From Eledone cirrhosa (taxonomy: Eukaryota), in contig OZ024740.1 of assembly GCA_964016885.1 (NCBI GenBank), forward strand, positions 17,484,001 to 17,548,000: 64,000 nucleotides of DNA, written 5' to 3'. The notes under the pieces are model-generated. The model ran no database searches. It was not told the DNA's origin and worked only from the letters and a program-made list of their open reading frames with translations. The translations under genes and the position numbers were made by a program. This document shows, one piece after another, positions 1-12,342 of this stretch (its first letter is position 1; the number at the start of each line of letters is the position of its first letter).

Positions 1-677
1 TTCTCTTACCCTCTCTATCACCTTCCACTTCCATTCTCTCACCCTCTCTATCACCTTCCACTTCCACTCTCTCACCTTCCACTTCCATTCTCTTACCCTC
101 TCTATCACCTTCCACTTCCATTCTCTCACCCTCTCTATCACCTTCCACTTCCACTCTCTCACCTTCCACTTCCATTCTCTTACCCTCTCTATCACCTTCC
201 ACTTCCATTCTCTCACCCTCTCTATCACCTTTCACTTCCATTCTCTCACCCTCTCTATCACCTTCCACTTCCATTCTCTCACCCTCTCTATCACCTTCCA
301 CTTCCACTCTCTCACCTTCCACTTCCATTCTCTTACCCTCTCTATCACCTTCCACTTCCATTCTCTCACCCTCTCTATCACCTTCCACTTCCATTCTCTC
401 ACCCTCTCTATCACCTTCCACTTCCATTCTCTCACCCTCTCTATCACCTTCCACTTCCATTCTCTCACCCTCTCTATCACCTTCCACTTCCATTCTCTCA
501 CCCTCTCTATCACCTTCCACTTCCATTCTCTCACCCTCTCTATCACCTTCCACTTCCATTCTCTCACCCTCTCTATCACCTTCCACTTCCATTCTCTTAC
601 CCTCTCTATCACCTTCCACTTCCATTCTCTTACCCTCTCTATCACCTTCCACTTCCATTCTCTTACCCTCTCTATCC
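1..677. repeat. 33-bp minisatellite (ttccacttccattctctcaccctctctatcacc) with occasional 21-bp deleted units; begins before the window start
   Basis: About 20 near-identical tandem units read directly; the + strand has no G in 1..683; explains the periodic ORF 232..645. Confidence 0.97.
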
Positions 678-1167
678 TTCTCTGGAAGAAATCTGTTGTA
701 TTCAGACCTGGAGAGGAAATGGGCTTTGTCAGGTTTAAAAAATGCCCTAAGAAATTCCTTGTGTCAATATGCCACCCCTTACCATTCGGGAGTTATGGGT
801 TCATACATATAGAGTAGTGCTTCCCAACCTTTCAACTGACAAGGACCATTTATATTTAAATGGATCCCATATCTCCTCCCACTATCATTACTCTCCCCTC
901 CCACACATCACCACACACCTCCCCACTATCATCACTCCCCCAACATCATTACCCCCCCCCCCCACCACCACCACCACCACTATCATCACCCCCACCACTA
1001 TCATCACCCCCCTCCCCACTTCCGAGAGTCAGACCAATGACCAATGTAGAAATGGCTGTCCCAGTAACAAGTACGTTTTTTAACAAAGTACTTGAAATAT
1101 TGCCTTTATCTCAGAGAACCCCAGGGCAACCTTTACATATCCCCAGCCTAAAAGAAACCCACCACTA

Positions 1168-1370
1168 TATAATGGTTTCTGATTTAGGCACAAGATCAAC
1201 AATTTAAATTGAACCAGTATGTTACTGGTACTTTATTTTACGATAATGACCTCGTAAGGATGAAAGGTAAAAGCTAACCCTCAATGAGATTTGTACTTAG
1301 AAGGTAAAGTGTCATAACTCTATACTGCAAAGCATGTCCGATGCTGTACCAATTATTGCCACTCTACCGC
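1168..1370 (-). mobile_element. tRNA-derived SINE family 1, diverged copy
   Basis: Reverse complement aligns by eye to the copy at 15101..15327 (ttgcctttcatcc / ataaagtaccag / ttgtgcctaa blocks). Confidence 0.75.
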
Positions 1371-2451
1371 TATATAATATAGTTGCTTTTTTACCATTTC
1401 TAACAGCTGTCTTCATCATTTACATCAATAATTTGTCTCCTTTATCATAGCCCAACAAGAGAGTTGCTCTGTGATTGATTCACCTCCTAGGAATAGCTAA
1501 ACAATTTGCCTCCATTCATGCCTTACTCTTATGTATATGTGAGCTACTGATATAGGCCTCTATACAGCCAAATCTCCCCCCAAGACTCATATGTGTGTTA
1601 GAGCCAATGTGCTAGACCTGGTAAAAATAGTTAAATCTTCTCCAGATCAACCCTTCCACTGTCATTTTTTTTATGTGTTAGCCAACAAGAAAATCTCAAT
1701 GGTAGCTAGACCTGTTAAAAATAGCAGCCAAATCCCTAGCTACTGAATTAAAGTAAAGAGACATTTGGTAACGTAATCCTAGATATAGTTTCAATGAAAC
1801 ATTGGTTAACTATGGCTACAAATAGTTGTTCTTATAGACCTTTAATGGAGTCTCCATACAGTCACTTGACCTGCTAAAAGTAGCAATCAAAATTTCCTCA
1901 AACAGTGTAAAGGGATGTAAATAAATTCTGAAAGACATGTTTGAATCTAGATATTCTATTATTAACTACCATAATCATAACAATTTCCATATAAGTAGAT
2001 ATATGTATTTACTATTGTGATAAGGAGACAGCCTTACAAATAAAGCATAAGTGAGTGGATGACAGTAGGAGAAACAGAGGGTGACAGAAGAAGTCTAATG
2101 AAAGTGGGTTTGAAGGACAAGATGTATATCTGTCAAACATGAGTAACAGTGAAGTGAGAATGTAAGAGAATTAAATTGAGTGACATTCTTAGAACACAAT
2201 TGTAAAGAAATTTACGATACAAACAAGATAACATGAGTTATCTCCCATATATATATATATATCTTTATATGTATGTATATATATATACACACATATATAC
2301 ACGCACGTGTGTGTTTGTCTGTCTGTGTTTGTAAAGATATATAATTTTAAAATAAACACCAAACGTGTTTTGTCTTCAAAATAGATCATGCAATGTAAAC
2401 GTTATGGAAAATATATAGATAAAAAGAAACTTTCTGTTGACACGGGTACAC

Positions 2452-2950
2452 TAATAATTGTTTCTACTTTTGGTACAAGGCCAGCAATAACCCAGTGCAT
2501 TACTGGTACTTTATTTTATCGACTCCGTAAGGATGAAAGGCAAAGTAATCCTCGGCGGGATTTGAACTCAGAATGGCAAGGACCGTAACTCTATGCTTCA
2601 AAGCATGGCGTCCGACCCTCTACCGATACTGCCAATCCACCGCCTTACACTAATAATGGTTTCCGATTTAGGCACAAGGCCAAGATTTTGTGGGAAAGTC
2701 GATTAAATCGACTCAGTGTGTTACTGGCTATATATGTTATCGACCCCGCAAGAATGAAAAGCAAAGCTAATCTCGATAGTACTTTAGACTCAAGGCCAAT
2801 AATTTGGGGGAGAGGAAAGTCGATTTAAATCGACGCCAGTGCATTACTGGTGCTTTATTTTATCGACCACAGTAATAATTGTTTCTACTTTAGGCACAAG
2901 GCCAGCAATTACTCAGTCTATTACTGGTACTTTATTTTATCGACCCTGTA
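2452..2950 (-). mobile_element. Cluster of SINE family 1: one full copy (2452..2648) plus three tandem 3' fragments
   Basis: Repeated ggcacaaggcc...ttactggtactttattttatcgac blocks; full copy has A-box (tggcagtatcgg) and B-box (gagttcaaatcc) on the - strand. Confidence 0.88.
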
Positions 2951-4009
2951 ATAATAACAGCAATAATGTGTGTATATAGAAATTTAAAAAATACTCAGAG
3001 CTACAGTGGCTTCTAACACAAACACAAGGACACTGTCACCATCTCCCTAGTATATAAGTGGTATGGATGGGTGTAGCCAACAAAATACACTAGTGTATAA
3101 TTGGTATGGGAGGGTGGGTGTGGCTAACAAAATCGTTCCTCGTAAATAACTGGTATTGGAGGGTGGGTGTAGCCAAAAAAATCTCCCTGGCATAGGACTT
3201 GAATTGACTTTTATTAACCACTGGATGAACGAAAGGCACAATGTAAGCTTTGGTATGATTTGAACTAGGAACGTGGTGTAGTCGGATATCGCAAGTAATT
3301 CGTTTTTAAGAGCAAGAACAATAAAATTAAAGCTTAAATCAATAAGGATTTTCTGTGGAGCAGAATGCGTGGGAAGGAAAGGAGACTGCCCTATTACGTC
3401 CCTTGAAGTTGCTGATAACTGCAATTCATTCACCTGCAGTTTCCACAAAGATCGAGAAAGGCGGAGAAGGAGGAGTTAAAAGTGGAGGTGGGGTGGGTGG
3501 GGGGGGGGGGGTTAGGGTGTGTGAGTGAAGAAATATTGATGTGCTTTCACTACACCCCCACCCCCTTCAGAATTACACCCACCATCGTCAACATAATTCA
3601 GGCGATAATTTAGTCACGGCAGAACAGAATAATTGCCCTAATTCCATAGAGGCTGATACGTATGCAAATAAAATACCTTATATTTTGTTCTTCAAGGGTT
3701 TACTTTGACTTTTATTTGTTTATGTACATACATACTTACACAAAAATGCAGATACACAAGAATACACACACACACACACACACACATATATAAGAGAGAG
3801 AGAGATAATATTATATACACCATTCTCTAAAATCCTTCTCCTCACTATTTTTCTGACATAACATACAATCATGAGAAATAGAGGGGAAAGTAATCTTGGT
3901 TGATTCGTATTCCACGTCAGGGGGAAACAACACCGTGTAATGCATATTTCTCTCTCCCCTCGTCCTCTCTCTCTATCTATACATATAAAATATATCAATG
4001 TGTCTGTGT

Positions 4010-4136
4010 GTCGGACCACTATCTGATTGGTTCATTATGTGGTCAGTCACCGGTTGGCACAGTTGTTCCGTTTGAACAACGACGTAGGGTGCGGAGGAAT
4101 CCGGAACCAACATCTTTTGGTTCCTCCTACGTAAGA
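4010..4136 (+). promoter_or_regulatory. Candidate promoter / non-coding first exon of the MPP8-like gene
   Basis: CpG-containing TE-free patch, reverse CCAAT (ctgattgg about 4023), donor-like ctac|gtaaga at 4130/4131; no transcript evidence. Confidence 0.25.
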
Positions 4137-4952
4137 TAATACTATTAACCAATCTATCTTGATAATATATTCTTTACTCTATACGTAATGTAATCTTTTA
4201 GTATGTTTTAGTCATTCTACACCTAATTTTTTCTATTGTTTTCTCTTGTAATGTTGGCTGTAAAATACCAGTGATAAACAACACTTGGCGCGCACTTACT
4301 TCTCCCCCTCTCTCTCTCTTTCTACATCACTGAGTGTGAGAATCTTTCTTATGTTTCATATACGGACGTAGATATACATATAAATTTATATATGCGTATG
4401 TAAAATGCGCACGCACACATAGTTAAACTCACATAGACATATTCTACTTACATACATACATACATACTTGTACGTGCGTATATACAGCTGTGAACTAAAC
4501 TAATGTACGGATGTTAAAATACTTCAGATATAACAACAGTTGTGATGTTAAGGAGTACAGGAATGCAATGAAATAAAATAAGTATTTAAAGGAAACAAAA
4601 ATGTGAACTGATTAAAAAAAAAAAGAACAAGAGAAACTTTGGAAATATTCCACCCGTCCACCTGACAAAGGAAAGAAATCACAAATAAAATGTGTACACG
4701 TTGAAGAAAATAACTGATGGATTGTATTTATTGTTTTATCTCTGCTACTGATTATTATATATTTATTTGATTGGACTGATATAAGATCGAACCAAGATCT
4801 GAAGTAAGGACCACAAACAGCAACACAAATTTACCGCGGGACTTGTTGATTGTTCTTATTTGTGTGTGGTGTGTGTGAGAGAGCTAGGGTTGTTATTCTG
4901 GTGGTTGGTAGTGAAAGATGTTTGTTATTCTTTGTATCAACGGACATTGGAA

Positions 4953-5142
4953 ATGAAATGTTTCAGATCTCACCAATGTGAGACGGACCTTTATTGTGAC
5001 CAAAAGAACACCTTAAAGGTGCTGCTACTGCACCATATTGGCAGGACTGCTCTTTTGTTTTATTCCTTGCAAGAGGCTCTTTCAGTTAGCTGTAGACTCT
5101 TACATTACTATTATTATAACAGTCCCCAGCACGGACACCTGG
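4953..5142 (+). CDS. Candidate first coding exon of the MPP8-like gene (MKCFRSHQ...PQHGHL-G)
   Basis: In-frame ATG at 4953; strong donor tgg|gtaagt at 5142/5143 in phase 1, matching the phase-1 acceptor at 10388/10389; no homology support. Confidence 0.35.
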
Positions 5143-6103
5143 GTAAGTAGAACACATATATATATATAATTAGATGTGTATACGTATATATTTCTGTAGG
5201 TGTGTGTGTATGTGTGTGTATATATATATATATATAACGTTATTCGTGTTCATACACGGAAGAAAAGCGCTACCTAACATTTCCAGACCCACTATTGTCC
5301 ATCTCTCCAGAATATATAGGGGTGGGGGTATTTATGTAACTATATACATATGTGACTGTTTACATATATGGGTGAATATGTTATGAACTGGTAGAGACGA
5401 GAAAGTTCTCTCGTGAACTTATTCACACGAGAGACAAAAACAAACGAAGCCGTCACGTTTTCAAGTTCTCGTCACATGTTGCTGTGAGGCACATGTTTGT
5501 TCTGAATTAGTCAGAAATGTCATTGGATGTCTCCACGATTCTGTTGTTCAGCAGTAATTGAGCAGACCCATCATCAAAGACGTTACACAGTCGTAACCAT
5601 TCCGTTCTGTTAGGGGTACATACGACCGAATTATCCAATCTATCCTTTCACTTTAAAACGAAAGATTTGGTTGTTCGTAACAGGTCGAGCGGCCACGAAG
5701 TGTAACATTTTGTGCTTTTTATTTCTTTGTTAGCCATCGAGCCGTATAATTTAATAAAAGGGGAAGCGTATAGTGTTAAACGGAGTGTTTCACGGGAGCC
5801 AGGTGTCCTAGGGCAATAATAATCATGTTTACCATGTCCCCATTTCTTGGTTAGACGGTTCATGTTTATTGTCAGCTATATCGACCGGATCTACCTGGTC
5901 ATCAACTTTCTACAAGTGTGTGTATGGTAGATCTTATCCTTGTCCCCCTTCTCCCTATGTATATATAAATAAATATATATATACACTCTATCACCAATAC
6001 TTGTGTGTGCGTACGTATATAGCAATCTGTATGTGCACCCTTCCACCCGTTCTATTGTATTAAATCGACATTCAACGTAGGTCACACAAGATAACTGGCG
6101 ACC

Positions 6104-6142
<39 letters not shown>

Positions 6143-9106
6143 CACATACATACGACTTGATAGTTGTGGCCGTTCACCTAGCTCAATGGTGTATATGCTT
6201 TCCTTTTTCTTCTGCCACCATATCTGTTCACAATCAGCATCACTGTCATATCGCTATCGCCCCCTCTTGTTTGCAATGACAAATTTGGGATCGCCATCTT
6301 CTTGACTCACTGGCCACACAATACTGGCATATATACATGTTATTTACACACACACACACACATATATATGTATATATACATACACACATCATTTAGAAGA
6401 AGAAAAAAACATACAATACTCATATATATATATATATGCAAACACCTCACTCTCATACATACATTAAACTAATACATTGCTCACACGCATACATATTACA
6501 AAGATTCACTATCACTCACATATGCATGTTGTTCACGTATATACACATACAAACATCACTGATACATACACACATGTGTATACATGATGGTGAAGAGTGT
6601 GGATGTATGTTGATTTGATAGCAATTCAAAGCAGCCATTGACTACTACACGATCTAGCTGGGCTTTATGGATATATTATCTGCAGTCATTGCAGCTTTTA
6701 GTGCAGCAGGCGTTGGCAGCAAGACTTTATACCATGTCTGAGGTGAGAAGATGCATGTCACTTCATTCTCTCCCCCCCCCCCTCTTGTCATAATGGTGGT
6801 GGTGTGTGATATTACTTTTACCTCTCCCCCCCCCCCTCAAAATACCGTCTTGCTACTCATTGTCCCCCTATATTCACCCGTGTCACCACTTAGTACACAC
6901 ACGTATATATGTATATATACACACACATATATACGTAATAAACCCATACAGTTGGTCTTGCGCTTTATTTTCTACCTCTGCAGACTTCCTCACGTGGCGC
7001 CACCAGTTGTTGCTTGTATTAGTAGTAGTAGCAGTAACAAGTTGTGATGATGGTGGTACTAGTGGTAATAGCAGGTTGTGGTGGTGATTGTAGTAGCAGC
7101 AGCAGTAGTTTGTGATATTGGTATTAGCAGGTGGTGGTGGTGGTAGTAACAGCAGCAGATGGCTCTGATGGTGATATGTTGGTAGTAGCAGTAATAACAA
7201 TAGTAGACATTGTGGTTTATGGTATCTGGTATCAGTTTAGCTGTAGTAAAAAAAAAACTATAATGTCTATGCGCATGACCAATTATGGGGGAAGGGGTAT
7301 GTGGAGGGAGTACAGCAGATCGAACGAAACCTTAGTAAATTACTGGTATTGGTGGATAGCATGTTAGTTTTAGTGGTGTCACGCAGTCGCCTTTCTACTG
7401 CTGAAGTCATCGTTTACCGTCACGTCAATCGCCACTATGATTATAGTAGTAATAGTACAGCAATACTACTACTACAGTGCCCTTTTGCTGGTAGTATATC
7501 GACTGGTTTTCCTTATGTTCATTTCTTTATCGAGTGTGATAGAGTGATAGATTGCAAAGGAGGAAGGGGGAGCATTGGTTTCTATGACGACTTTGGCTGA
7601 TATTGTCAGACTTTCAGTTAACAAGTGCTCGTTTCTTCTCCCCCCCCCCCTCTCTCTCTCCCCCCCCCCTCTCTCTCTCTCTATATAAACGGGGAAACTC
7701 TGTGCCAGCTGCGTATAATACTACTTTCTCTATCTATCTATCTATCTATAGACAGACAGAGAGAATACTTTCTTATTTATGAAGAAAATCCATTACACAC
7801 AATTATATATATGTGTGTGTGAGCAGTGTTTGTCCGATAGTCAATCTGACTTTTAAGTGTCTAAATTTGGCACTAATATATTTCTACCGCCTCTCATCTT
7901 TGTCTCCTCCGCCTACTTCTTCCTCCCCATACTTTAATTTCTTTTCTCTTCCATACTTATTTACTCAAACCCTTTCTATCCAGACCTCTTTATATATAAC
8001 ACACCCACTCAGACGTCTCTGCTGCTTTTACCTCGTGTGTGTGTGTATATATATGTATATCTAATTTGCCGTCAACTCCTAGCAATTGTACAACTATCGT
8101 CATCAGCTTTGGATCAACATGACTCTTACAGCTCTACCCTGTCACTGATCGCTTCGCTTCGTCATGATAATGATGATGATGATAAGTGTGGGGTGGTATG
8201 GAATGATAGATAGTATAAACGGTAGGGCAGTTCTAGGTGAGAGTGGTGACGACTGCGTACGTATAGTGGAAGAAGGAGGAGGAGGAGGTGGACTACAAAC
8301 TCAACCATCTCCCCCTCTCTCTTTCTTTATTTCCTCCTCGTCCCCATACCCTAACAGAAACACACTGAACATGAGAGAGGGGTGGGAGACAGTGAGAGTG
8401 CGTGATAGCAGTATTTTAAAGAATTAATCTGATGTCGTCTGGTCGACAATTTTGATGTCTCCACGTATTCCGAGCTCACTCTCTTGTAAGTGTGATGTCT
8501 GTCTATCTCTTGAACATGATGATGATGTCTTGACGTAGCTTAGTGCTTGCTTTGCTACCCCCACCTTCTTCACATGATCCTTTCTCATCCTTTTATACAT
8601 GTATGTGTTGCTACGGTCAATTGACGTCACGTCTTTAATTGTCCGTCTCTCCTTAGTTTTTGTTAAAGTGTTTTGCGTCAGTTCTATGTAATATAAATGA
8701 TTCTTATTACTACCCTACCCCCTCTCTCAGTCTAGATTGTCTTGTAATACTTCTAAACCACCTTCCTCCCCTCCGTATTGTCTTATGTCACCTTATTTAC
8801 TAACTACATACTCTGCTTCTTGTTTTTATTATTAGTTTTAGTGGTGGGGTGGAGGAACAAACTTTTCACAAACTTTCTCTCTATCTCAATATTGCAGAGG
8901 TGAGCAGAAAGAGGGTGAGACCATACACACACACACACGTCTTTTTCACGAATTCTTAACTAAGAAAATAGAACTAGTCCTGTAAGAATTATATAATAAA
9001 TCCATCTACTCTTCCTACTTGATGTATTGAGTACCTTTAACTGCGGTTTCGTTCCTAACGGATCACCCATACACACATATAGAGAGACCTACACACACAC
9101 ACACAC

Positions 9107-9148
<42 letters not shown>

Positions 9149-9406
9149 TTTTTTTAATTGATTATATATATTTTTATATACTCATGTCTAGTGTAGGTTT
9201 GTGTGTGTTCGTTCCGTCCTTTGTTGGATGTAAAAGTAAGAGGCAATGTTTTTTTTTAACCTCGTACACGTGTTTTTATTGCCCCCCCCCCCCCTTTCTT
9301 TTGTGTGCATATCTTTTTTTCTAATATTGCAGTTCATCTGCTGTTGTATAGATCGAAAGTTCGAACCTATATCTTGGTCAGTTGGTCAACCGCCCCCCCC
9401 CCCCCC

Positions 9407-9457
<51 letters not shown>

Positions 9458-10388
9458 CACTTATATTTCAAGGAAGTAAATATTCTAGAAATTCCATATT
9501 CCAAGAATTTTTATGTCAGTCATGATTATTATTTATTTATTTATTTGATATTGCTCATGATTTTCGGGGTGTGTGAGTGAGGGTTATTTTAGCTGAGAAA
9601 GGCTTTTATTTCAAAGACTAGCAGTTTTTAAAAGATTAATGTAGTCTTTTTAATGTGTAAGCAAGAACCGTTGGTGTCTGACAGAATACCTTACAATATT
9701 TAGTTATGACACTATATTAGTGAGTTCAAATTCCTCCGAGGTCTAATTCTGATTTTCGTCATTCCAGGGTCTCTCTCTCTTCTGTAATGTTTCGCCTTGT
9801 GTCTATAATAATAATAAATAATAATTATTATTCAATGTAAATTCCTCTGTTCCTTGTTCTGTGTATTCACTCTCTCACAATCCCCCACCCATCCTCTTGT
9901 GGCCAAATAAAAGAAATGATTGTGTGAGGTCAACTTTACTCTTCATCGTTTTGGGACCGATTTAATCGCCTAAACTCTTCTCAAATTTCTGGCCTTGTGT
10001 CTCTAAATTAGAAACAATTATTGTTATTGTTTTCTGACGATTAATTTAAAGGTCTAGTGATGTTGGTACTGTTAGTATTGGTATTTGTTTTAAGAGTTAC
10101 TATGAGTCCTAATCCGTTAAGTACCAGAGTATGTGGTGGTGGTGGTGGTGGGGGAGTAACCCAACGTGAATAAGAAAAACAGCATTTTATATTCTATCGA
10201 CTGTTGATTCTTTTTCTTTTGTATAAACTGTGCACTAATATAATATATATCTCTCGCTTTGTCTCTCCCGTAATTTCAACGTTGCTGTGGCTCTTGTATT
10301 CACCACCACCACCACCACCATCTTCTCTGTCACTTGTTCTGTGACTTATGTCGTTGCTTGAATTACAATAATTTTTCTTTATTTCTAG

Positions 10389-11249
10389 GTGATGCGTCAA
10401 GTCAGCACTGTGACTGTGATAACCTCTCAACGCCATCTTCGTCGCCATCTTCGGCAGTGCATCTACAGAACTTAAAAGACCCTCCACATTGTCTTGCCAA
10501 AAAACGAAGAACTCGCCTAAGGCCAAATCGAAACATAGTGATAAGTTATTCTTCAAAACGGAAAAAAACTAAATTTCAAAACTTACGGACACCTCCGAAG
10601 AGGACGATGAGGACTACGATGAATTCGTTGCCTCCAGAAAAGAGTAGTTGCAATATATTTGCAGTGGGAGAAAGTAGTGTTGATAGTGGAGTGTCTAGCT
10701 TAAGAAACGAAACCGAGACGGAGATGGACAGTAATTCTCCCGGGTTGGAGTCTGTGGCATCGACGGTGTCGATATCACGATCAATGACCCCACAGGACAC
10801 TGGATGTGTGAATTTAATGGAAGAGGATAATGTTATGTCAGAACCTTGTATGTTTGTTTCAGATCTGCTCACTCCTATGTGTAGTAGTAGTAGTAGCAGC
10901 AACAGTAGTAGTAATGGTAGTAATCAACTGTTATTGCCGTGTGATGACCTCAACACAGATACAAAACAGTCATCATCAACAGAAGACAAATATGGAAGCA
11001 TTAACAACCGTTATGCATCCAAGATCAAATCTTGTCGATCAACGACGACGTACTTGTGTCCTGAAGCAAATTCTGTATCAAAACAGTCACTTGCTTCTTC
11101 GAATGCAAGTGGATATTCTTTGAATGACCAGACTTTTGGAATGTATAATAACCCTAAAAACTCTCTCGGAACGTCTAACCGATGGGAAATGAGTGCTCTT
11201 TTAAAGCTCCAGAACCCTTTAATCTCCATCAGGAATAAAATTGTCCGAA
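10389..11249 (+). CDS. MPHOSPH8: MPP8-like large exon: basic NLS-like ([15 protein letters not shown]) and Ser-rich low-complexity region
   Basis: 861-nt open frame; acceptor tttctttatttctag|gt, donor cgaa|gtaagt; phase 1 matches the exon at 37324. Linkage to the downstream exons is inferred from phase only. Confidence 0.75.
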
Positions 11250-12037
11250 GTAAGTATACATGGTTCCAGTTTGTGGCAGTTTGTTCTTCTTTGACATGAA
11301 ATGAATTTGTTGCGATCCTTCAATGTAAAAGCCACTGGGTTTTTCCACAACTGATATGGCACTAGCATCGCATAGATAATGGTATCTCCATTTATGATAA
11401 ATACTTTTTAATTCAAATTTTACTGAAGTGACCTCACATGCTTCACTAATATCTACATTTCAATAATAGCCTAAGTAATGTGTGTGTGTTAGTACTGGGT
11501 TCAATTGGGGAGTAGCCACAGTTAGTAAGGTACTCAATACATTAGTAGAGTGTAAACATGTTTATTATAGAAATGGCTTCTACAGGACTAGAACTGTTTC
11601 ATTCAAAAGAAATCACCAGGAAAGCATTCTTGATGAAACAGTTCTAGTCCTGTAGAAGCCATTTTTATGTGTATAGTATTGTGTTTATGTCTTATAGCTC
11701 TGTAATTCAACAAAAAAAAGTAGGTTGACCAAAACTGTCAGTACTTTTGAATGCCCTTCCTTACTTTATTTCGAAGTATGGTATATTGCACTGGTCTTTG
11801 TTGGACAGCTGCAGGACATAAAACTTCCTTAAACTGTGACATTGTGAAGGCATGCAGAGGACACATGCATACAATGGTCTTCTGTGTGGTTTCTGTCTGC
11901 CAAATTTTGTATTGGTCCTTCCAAGGCTGCTATAGAAGACATTTGTAGAACATGTCACACAGTTGATTAAATCTGAAATCAGATGCTTGTGAAACAAACT
12001 TCCTATATGTATACATATCTCTATGTATAGATGTGGG

Positions 12038-12086
<49 letters not shown>

Positions 12087-12116
12087 ATACACATGCATGT
12101 ATGTTTGTTTTATACA

Positions 12117-12167
<51 letters not shown>

Positions 12168-12246
12168 TTATTCACTAATTTATCACTAGATACAAAACCT
12201 ATATCATTGCCAAATACCCTATCTTTTAAGATTGCCTATTCTTGGT

Positions 12247-12342
<96 letters not shown>

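Noticed and set aside
232-645. 137-aa ORF of VIERVREWKWK repeats
   Set aside because: Product of a stop-free 33-bp minisatellite; no splice or start context
769-1207. Pro/Thr-rich ORFs (extensin- or mucin-like)
   Set aside because: (CCA)/(ACC) low-complexity tract inside a decayed MITE-like sequence
3047-3448. 133-aa minus-strand ORF / divergent gene
   Set aside because: No recognisable domain, runs through degenerate repeats, no supporting exon chain
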